Source of the DNA: a virus
DNA length: 64,000 nucleotides
IMG/VR virus record: IMGVR_UViG_3300025570_000007
Strand: one strand, 5' to 3'
Shown in pieces: positions 57,921-64,000 of this stretch (its first letter is position 1; every line of letters starts with the position of its first letter). The position numbers and the translations under genes are program-made. Below the pieces are notes generated by a model. The model saw only the letters and a program-made list of their open reading frames with translations. It was not told the DNA's origin and made no database searches.

Positions 57921-58458
57921 ATCCTAGTGCTATTAATGTTTGTATTACTTCGTCTGAATCACCGTCTTTGCATCGTATTGCTATACCTCCTGCTTCTTGC
58001 CATTCTTTAATGTTAGACTTCTTATCGTCTATTAGGATTGCATTGGGAGATGCGTATCTCTGCTTGTCTTCCGAGTATGCGAATATAACCTTAGGTGGCG
58101 GTACTATATTATCCCTAACCCAGAGATTCTTACCTAACCTAGATGTGTCGTCTCTAGAAGGAGATGTTAATAAGTCCGGTGTATATTGTGCTAAGAATGA
58201 CCACAGTTTCTTACCTTGTGGCATCCAATTCATTTTTTGCCAAAACTGTATACCTATCTCTTGATCTATTAACTTCCAGAAAATAGGGTCTCCGTAATCC
58301 TCTAAAAATTCATCAGGAGTTTTTCCTGTGAAGTGTTCGAAACGTCCTTTAAAATCTGTCAATACCCCGTCCATGTCACAGTAGATCTTATACGGCGGTA
58401 TTTCTTTAATAGGGTATGCTTCTAATAAATCTACTAATTGTCCCATAACCATTTCCAA
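57913..58458 (-). CDS. HAD-family 5'(3')-deoxyribonucleotidase-like phosphatase
   Basis: DMDGVLTDF, LTSP, K, ILIDD. Confidence 0.88.
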   Translation of the reverse strand: MEMVMGQLVDLLEAYPIKEIPPYKIYCDMDGVLTDFKGRFEHFTGKTPDEFLEDYGDPIFWKLIDQEIGIQFWQKMNWMPQGKKLWSFLAQYTPDLLTSPSRDDTSRLGKNLWVRDNIVPPPKVIFAYSEDKQRYASPNAILIDDKKSNIKEWQEAGGIAIRCKDGDSDEVIQTLIALGYE

Positions 58459-58790
58459 TTTTCTTCTTCTTGTGATGCTTTCTTCTCGTACGGATGATCC
58501 GTATAGGAAAGTCCCATATTTGAATACCTAACATACCAGGTAGGTGACTGGAGGTAGTGTTGGTATTCATGTATTATTGTTCTAGCTAAATCCTCTTTTG
58601 ATTCTATGTTATTACAGTATATTGTGATTTCATTACCTGTAAAGCAATACTGTCCTTTAGCTGTATCTCCTTCATAGGCTAGTTCATACTCTAAGTAAGG
58701 AGTGCATGGTTGAAATTTAGAGTATCCGTAAAAGTTACATACTTCAGTAATATACTCTTTAGCTAATCTCCTTACAGTTCTTTTATCCAT
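58434..58790 (-). CDS. HExxH zinc metallopeptidase-like protein
   Basis: TIIHEYQH...HPYEKKA. Confidence 0.75.
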   Translation of the reverse strand: MDKRTVRRLAKEYITEVCNFYGYSKFQPCTPYLEYELAYEGDTAKGQYCFTGNEITIYCNNIESKEDLARTIIHEYQHYLQSPTWYVRYSNMGLSYTDHPYEKKASQEEENWKWLWDN

Positions 58791-59433
58791 TGCTATTTTT
58801 TACCTTATCTTCCCATGTTCTAAAAGTCATGTTTCCTTTTAGGTATGCTTCTTTTTCTATCTCTTGAAGACTTTCATCTTCATTAACATTAGAAGTGTTT
58901 ACATTACCTAACCTATCTTCCATATTTTGCATATGGTGTATCATCTCATGAGTAAATGATCTCATAACATCTTTCGGATGCCTACCTTCTACATACAGAA
59001 CTACTTCCTTCTTAACAGGATCATAGTAAGCTGTTTTACCGAAAAAGTCTGCTGATTCTACCATATCTCTTCTTATCTTAATTTCCGGAAGAGGTTGTAT
59101 TTTCATACCTAAGTCTACCATGTGTTCTAAAATAGAGCCCATAAAAGGAGTAAAGCTGTATCCAGCACTGTCACTATGTTTTGCTAACTTAACAATTATT
59201 CTATCATTATTAAGTACAACTTCATATTCCTGTCCTAGTGAGTTATAAAGCTCTTTATATACCTGTGTGAGTTTTGCTCTGTCTTCTGAAGCTATTGGTG
59301 CAGCTGGAGATATGTGTGTTCCTGCTGATCCTTCTGTTGTTCTGACCTTCTTTTCGAAGAGATGTTCATCCCTTAAGGTATTATTAACAGCTTCATGCAT
59401 GTTCTTTGTTGCTTCGTCTAGTGCTGATTTCAT
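58783..59433 (-). CDS. HExxH zinc metallopeptidase-like protein
   Basis: TAYYDP...RSFTHEMIHHMQ...EKEAY. Confidence 0.75.
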   Translation of the reverse strand: MKSALDEATKNMHEAVNNTLRDEHLFEKKVRTTEGSAGTHISPAAPIASEDRAKLTQVYKELYNSLGQEYEVVLNNDRIIVKLAKHSDSAGYSFTPFMGSILEHMVDLGMKIQPLPEIKIRRDMVESADFFGKTAYYDPVKKEVVLYVEGRHPKDVMRSFTHEMIHHMQNMEDRLGNVNTSNVNEDESLQEIEKEAYLKGNMTFRTWEDKVKNSNG

Positions 59434-59947
59434 ATTTAATTACATTTATTACATTCTCCTTATCTTCAGTCGATAATTGACTGGGTATCCATTCACCTTT
59501 TTCGAGGTACTCTGTTTGAGTTCTTATAGCAGAAGCAGAGAGTTTATTTTCTTCATCTCCTATCCTTGGAAGCTCTACTAATTCAACTTTCAAGTATTTC
59601 TCCTTATTCCTCTTACTTTTAAAATAAGCAAACTTTTTTAATTCCTCCGGTAATGAACCTGTTATAATTTTCGAATACGTATCGTAATATGCATCTACAT
59701 AATCGTAAATATCTTTTATAGGGGATCCTTTAGAAAGTACTATGTCTGTATTAGCTGGAAGATATTTTAAATATATTTTCCATATCTCTGCTGACTGCTT
59801 AGGAGTTATAGTTATTCCCTCTCTGACTACTGATCCTATAAATATAATTAGCTTATCAGAACTGTTTCCTAACATAACTGCATTTTCGAAGTGTGCTTTG
59901 TGGGGTGGTTTAAACCCTCCTGCGTATAGTGATACTGTTGGTTTCAT
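59393..59947 (-). CDS. HIGH-motif nucleotidyltransferase (cytidylyl/adenylyltransferase family)
   Basis: GGFKPPHKAH...LSASAIR. Confidence 0.85.
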   Translation of the reverse strand: MKPTVSLYAGGFKPPHKAHFENAVMLGNSSDKLIIFIGSVVREGITITPKQSAEIWKIYLKYLPANTDIVLSKGSPIKDIYDYVDAYYDTYSKIITGSLPEELKKFAYFKSKRNKEKYLKVELVELPRIGDEENKLSASAIRTQTEYLEKGEWIPSQLSTEDKENVINVIKYEISTRRSNKEHA

Positions 59948-60798
59948 AGTTCTCTAACTGCTTTTAATGCTTTTTCTTTATTATGTCCTTTATCTGTCCC
60001 TATCTCTCCTGATTTTACGGATACCATACTTTCGAAGATACCTTTTACTCTATTAAATGATCTTTCTGTGGTTAGTTTTCTACTAATGTCTGTCAGTAGT
60101 TCAGCAAAACTTCCTTCTATGTTGTAATGTGTAAGTAATTTTTCGACTAATCTCCAGTCGGTTGTTGACCATATATGCTCTTTTTCAAGAGTATGAAAAT
60201 CTCTATCCAACTTTACTTTTCTTACCTCTAATCTACTAGAGCTAAGGTTAAATTCATACTCTTCATCCCATCCCATAAGTGCAGGAAATTCTTCTATCCC
60301 TAATCGTTCTGCTACTTCGTAAAAATCTTCTTCTATTAAAACTGTTTTAACTAGTCCTAATACTAACCCCTGTTTTTCTGCAGGTAAATTTAAGAAGTTG
60401 TACTTAAATAAACTCTCTTCTTCTGTTAGTGCTATTATATTATCTACCTGGATGCATTCTAAAGCTCCTCTTATTGGAAAAAGAACTGTGATTATCTCCC
60501 CTGAATTGTAATACTTTCTTCCTAGGTATTTACTGCTTCTGAAAGGTATTATAATATGTTCAGGTAAGGAGTTGGTGACTTTTAGTATTTTTTTCTTTAC
60601 TTGTTTCTTATCTGTTCCTTCAATATATACTATTATATCTAAATCTCCATAGACTATTTTCTTTCCTGCAACTACGCTTCCTGACAGTCTTGCATGTACA
60701 AATCCAGGTACTTTCTTTAAGACTGTATCTATGTATGATTGAAATGTATCTTGTACATCTCTCTTATGTATCATCGAACCTCCTGCTACTCCGCTCAT
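59944..60798 (-). CDS. Pol-beta/PolX-superfamily nucleotidyltransferase B
   Basis: GS....K...GDLDII...IQVD. Confidence 0.75.
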   Translation of the reverse strand: MSGVAGGSMIHKRDVQDTFQSYIDTVLKKVPGFVHARLSGSVVAGKKIVYGDLDIIVYIEGTDKKQVKKKILKVTNSLPEHIIIPFRSSKYLGRKYYNSGEIITVLFPIRGALECIQVDNIIALTEEESLFKYNFLNLPAEKQGLVLGLVKTVLIEEDFYEVAERLGIEEFPALMGWDEEYEFNLSSSRLEVRKVKLDRDFHTLEKEHIWSTTDWRLVEKLLTHYNIEGSFAELLTDISRKLTTERSFNRVKGIFESMVSVKSGEIGTDKGHNKEKALKAVREL

Positions 60799-61706
60799 AC
60801 CTTATAAGGTGTTAATTTTGAATCTTCAGGTAAAAATTTTCCTGTCAAGTTTAAAGCTTCTTGTTTGAGTTTCCAATACATTTGACAATCGTCAGGTATG
60901 TCTACTCTTGTACTATCTAATACCTTTAGGTACAGGTCTAACACACCTTCTAAATTAAACTGATCCATGTATGTTTTAATTAACATCATTATATCATGGT
61001 AATTTCTCAGTGTACTTAGTCTAAACTCAAGTCCGTAAAGTGCAGTTAGAAATTCTACTGCTTTTTTAGGTGTATCCGCCACTATTCGCTGAGTTATTTT
61101 ATTCTTAACTCCGTAATTGTGGGAGAAGGTATAGCCTTTATTTGAAAATAGTGCGATAATTAACTGTGTACGGTGTAGCCCTTTTACATTGCCCTCGTAA
61201 CTGTCTGAATGGTATGCGAACTTTAACCAGTCTATATTTCCTATACTTATATCAACTTGTACATTCTCGGGTAACCAGCAGTTATGGTATGCACCAAATT
61301 GTGGTGCTACTAAGAATAATGTTCCTGCTGATGATCCTTTTGCATTTGCTACAAGATCCGTATTAGAGTCATTTAATTTATCTGCAAGTGCTACAATTAT
61401 AGATTTTTTACGAAGTTGTTCATCTGTAGCAGTTCTAGCTCGCTTCTTAAAAACTGTAAAAAGCTTATTAATTATATCGTGATCTAGATCCCAGTCTGCT
61501 AAATCAGTAAATGCATATTCAGATAATGCTAAATCGATATCTCCTGAAAATTCTTTCTTTCCTGCAGAACCTATTAATTCTAATCCGCCTATATGTCTTC
61601 TTGCTTTCGGGAAGACCGTATAAAGTTGTTCGAAGAATAGATCTAAAGTAGGTTGTACGTTTTCTCGTTTAATCCTTGAAGTTTCACTAAAAACATTTCC
61701 TCCCAT
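60795..61706 (-). CDS. Pol-beta/PolX-superfamily nucleotidyltransferase A
   Basis: IGSAGKKEFSGDIDL...VQVD. Confidence 0.78.
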   Translation of the reverse strand: MGGNVFSETSRIKRENVQPTLDLFFEQLYTVFPKARRHIGGLELIGSAGKKEFSGDIDLALSEYAFTDLADWDLDHDIINKLFTVFKKRARTATDEQLRKKSIIVALADKLNDSNTDLVANAKGSSAGTLFLVAPQFGAYHNCWLPENVQVDISIGNIDWLKFAYHSDSYEGNVKGLHRTQLIIALFSNKGYTFSHNYGVKNKITQRIVADTPKKAVEFLTALYGLEFRLSTLRNYHDIMMLIKTYMDQFNLEGVLDLYLKVLDSTRVDIPDDCQMYWKLKQEALNLTGKFLPEDSKLTPYKV

Positions 61707-61731
61707 TCTATAACCTTTTTTAATTAATCAT

Positions 61732-61761
61732 AAAGATAAGAAACAATCTTTAAGTCTACAA
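61732..61761 (-). promoter_or_regulatory. Host-type promoter for the nucleotidyltransferase operon
   Basis: Sense TTG-N20-TATCTTTA. Confidence 0.7.
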
Positions 61762-62538
61762 CTTTAAAACTGTCGGATATTCCTTAAAAATAGGCTTTAC
61801 TTCAGGGTTATCTAATTTATATAGTTTATATATTGTTTGAAATAAATCAAAATTATGGTCTATCTCGTCAACTATCTTAACTTGCCACCCTTTTCCTTGG
61901 TACACTCCTTTCTTTTTCGATTCACTCCTTGTTAAGGCTTTAAGCCAAAGTATACCTGTTCTTTCTATCTTCGTACCTGTTGCTTCTTCTATAGATTTTG
62001 CATAAGCTGAAAGTTGTAGGTTGTAGGCTCGGTGTAAGTTGTTAGAAGTCTTTAAATCTAGTAGCCACACTTCTCCATCCATTTTCACTACTAAATCAGC
62101 TGTTCCTGCATACTTATGTGTATCTGAGTATGTAAATTGTTCTGAGGATATTAGTTCAGGTTTATGTGTTGTCCAAAATTCATGGAACTTTATAATCATT
62201 GCCCATACTACTTGAGAATACTTAGCATTACCGTAGTCATCCAACCAGGTAACTTCTTCTCCTTTTACTAATGCTTCAGCTGCTTCATGTACTTGCGTAC
62301 CTTCTCTACCTGCTTTTGCCAGTATTAAATCAGCATTATGTCCTACATCTTTCAACCAGTTGTCAAAAAACTTATTCTTAGGCATGTACTGTAGAACTGT
62401 TGTGACTGAAGGGTAGTATACTCCTTCTGATCTTCTATATACTCTCCTATCTAGGAAGGTAATTTGTTTTAATTTAGGTTTGAATTCTAACCTCTCTTTT
62501 TTAGCTTCTTTTAAGATACTGTTACCTTCTCTAATCAT
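61756..62538 (-). CDS. PD-(D/E)XK (Cas4/RecB-like) exonuclease
   Basis: YPSVTTVL, GTQVH, YAGTADL, LDLKTS, QLSAY. Confidence 0.88.
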   Translation of the reverse strand: MIREGNSILKEAKKERLEFKPKLKQITFLDRRVYRRSEGVYYPSVTTVLQYMPKNKFFDNWLKDVGHNADLILAKAGREGTQVHEAAEALVKGEEVTWLDDYGNAKYSQVVWAMIIKFHEFWTTHKPELISSEQFTYSDTHKYAGTADLVVKMDGEVWLLDLKTSNNLHRAYNLQLSAYAKSIEEATGTKIERTGILWLKALTRSESKKKGVYQGKGWQVKIVDEIDHNFDLFQTIYKLYKLDNPEVKPIFKEYPTVLKL

Positions 62539-63467
62539 ATGGCATTCATTTTGTGCAACATTAGATTACGAAAATCTAATTCCTTTGTCGACTGTATTAG
62601 TTCTGTGAAAGCTTTAAATCCCATTTCACTAGGATCTTTCTGCTTTAAATCTACTAAGAAAACCTTTTTACCTATTTTAATCAACTCTTCAGCATGTCTT
62701 AGTGCTGCTTTCTGTGCATCTAGGTCTAATGCAATGTATATATCTTCTACGTCTGATGTGATTATTCTCTTCAATAACGAATCTGCTATTGCTTTTCCTA
62801 AGATAGGAATTGAATTACGTTTAACTGCCATGGCATCGAAAACTCCTTCTACTAATATAATTGGCTGGTTCCAGTTAATAAGATTCTCAAAGAAAATTAT
62901 ATTTTTATCTGTTTCTGGTCCTTTGTACTTGAAGTAATTTCCTTCGTAAGTTCGGCCAATAAAGTAATTGAGTTTATTCGATGAAGAATAACTTGGGATA
63001 ATAACTCTTCCGGCATAGAGTCCATCTGTTGCGTATCCAACATTATATTTAATAAAATCATTGTCGGTAAGTCCTCTCTCATATAGGTATCTTCTTACTT
63101 TGTTTGCGATAACTGATACTTTTGTAGCTGAAGCTAGTGGTTGAAATTCTTCTGGTAGTTTAGTTACCTCTTCTCCGCGGTATATGTATTTCTTCCCTTT
63201 CCTTACGTACTTTAGTATTTCGTCTGCTTCGCTTTTAGGTATTTTAGCTTGCTTAAGTAGTGAGTATATCGACTGTCCTCTAGTCTGACATACCCAGCAT
63301 TCCCAAAAGTTTTTACCTTCCTCGTTGGTTCTTAGATTGATCTCTAATTTAGGTTTCTTATGATTACAGAAAGGACAAGCAAAAGCGTGATTATCTCTAG
63401 CTCTCTTATAACTCTTTCCTAAGATACCTTCTAACGACCCTAGTAGAAAAGTATAGTCCATACACAA
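62535..63467 (-). CDS. dnaG: DNA primase (Zn finger plus TOPRIM)
   Basis: CPFCNH...CWVC, VEGVFDA, LDLD, KDP. Confidence 0.9.
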   Translation of the reverse strand: MCMDYTFLLGSLEGILGKSYKRARDNHAFACPFCNHKKPKLEINLRTNEEGKNFWECWVCQTRGQSIYSLLKQAKIPKSEADEILKYVRKGKKYIYRGEEVTKLPEEFQPLASATKVSVIANKVRRYLYERGLTDNDFIKYNVGYATDGLYAGRVIIPSYSSSNKLNYFIGRTYEGNYFKYKGPETDKNIIFFENLINWNQPIILVEGVFDAMAVKRNSIPILGKAIADSLLKRIITSDVEDIYIALDLDAQKAALRHAEELIKIGKKVFLVDLKQKDPSEMGFKAFTELIQSTKELDFRNLMLHKMNAI

Positions 63468-63480
63468 TAGTTTATTCTTC

Positions 63481-63510
63481 TAATGTACGAATAATAATCT
63501 ACGATACCAA
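63481..63510 (-). promoter_or_regulatory. Host-type promoter for primase-exonuclease
   Basis: Sense TTG-N20-TACATTA. Confidence 0.7.
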
Positions 63511-63705
63511 CTAATCCTCTTTTTTTAATTGGCTTACTAGTTCTTGTAGGAATGGTTGGTAATTATGTTTACCGTAATTCTCTCTAAGTATCTCAGCTAC
63601 TCCTGCTGCAAGTTCTTTATATCCTAAATCTGGATCAACTTGGTTTATTGCCTGATCAAGTGCAGAATAGATATCCTCCTTGATTATTAATTTAGTTAAT
63701 TTCAT
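63511..63705 (-). CDS. Small putative internal head protein
   Basis: MKLTKLIIKE N-terminus. Confidence 0.6.
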   Translation of the reverse strand: MKLTKLIIKEDIYSALDQAINQVDPDLGYKELAAGVAEILRENYGKHNYQPFLQELVSQLKKED

Positions 63706-63706
63706 A

Positions 63707-64000
63707 TTAATCGAATCCGCTGTTTCCTTTTTCTCTTTGTTTACCTAGCCATGCTTTTTTTCCCTGCTTATACTTATCTCTTTCTTGCTTAAAAGCAGGT
63801 ATTTTAAATACATGCATCCAAGGTTGTGTTCTATCTATAATTACCTCTAAGCTTAGGTCTTTATCTTGCTTCCACCTCTCTAGATCTCCCTCATCGTTTA
63901 TCTGTGTTAGTGAATCTCGTTTTGGATCAGCTAAACTATCCCCTCTCTTAACGTTAACGCCAAACTTTAAATCCGATAAAGTAGTCCGTGTTCCTTGTTC
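63707..64000 (-). CDS. Hypothetical protein, 5' end outside the window
   Basis: Open frame from 64000 (EQGTRTTLSDL...REKGNSGFD*) to TAA at 63707-63709. Confidence 0.65.
   Translation of the reverse strand, partial: EQGTRTTLSDLKFGVNVKRGDSLADPKRDSLTQINDEGDLERWKQDKDLSLEVIIDRTQPWMHVFKIPAFKQERDKYKQGKKAWLGKQREKGNSGFD

Noticed and set aside
219-62937. All plus-strand ORFs in the track (e.g. 4871-5443, 31593-32006, 45035-45304)
   Set aside because: They are antisense shadows of well-supported minus-strand genes, with S/L/F-rich composition and no motifs.
1-64000. Stop-codon reassignment, introns, inteins, tRNAs
   Set aside because: Core genes are full length in the standard bacterial code, with TAA, TAG and TGA all used as stops. 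No oversize insertions, homing nucleases or cloverleafs were seen, and intergenic gaps are short.

Overview
This 64-kb window is the core of a large, AT-rich, T4-superfamily contractile-tailed (myovirus-type) phage. Every credible gene is on the minus strand, so transcription runs right to left. Gene order along the transcript: primase and PD-(D/E)XK exonuclease; a nucleotide-enzyme operon (two Pol-beta/PolX-type nucleotidyltransferases, a HIGH-family nucleotidyltransferase, two HExxH proteins, a HAD nucleotidase); acidic internal-head-like proteins, terminase, portal, prohead protease, scaffold, major capsid and PhoH; neck, fibre and glycosyltransferase genes; sheath, tube, chaperones, tape measure and baseplate with an M15 peptidase; a divergent family A polymerase, SSB, RecA, 5'-3' exonuclease, DnaB-type helicase and resolvase; queC; further virion genes. 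Eight TTG-N20-TAnnTT promoters and the lack of Shine-Dalgarno sites point to a Bacteroidota (probably flavobacterial) host. Main observations: (1) about 10 proteins with capsid-targeting-like N-termini and repeated [ILV]xE prohead-protease sites, one carrying a GNAT domain; (2) (S/T)-(G/A)-S enrichment in outer virion proteins beside phage glycosyltransferases; (3) an H-type pseudoknot directly upstream of queC; (4) a late promoter that is the reverse complement of the T4 motif; (5) a candidate +1 frameshift in the tail chaperone genes; (6) the tandem nucleotidyltransferase operon. All calls come from motif recognition by eye; no database searches were run.
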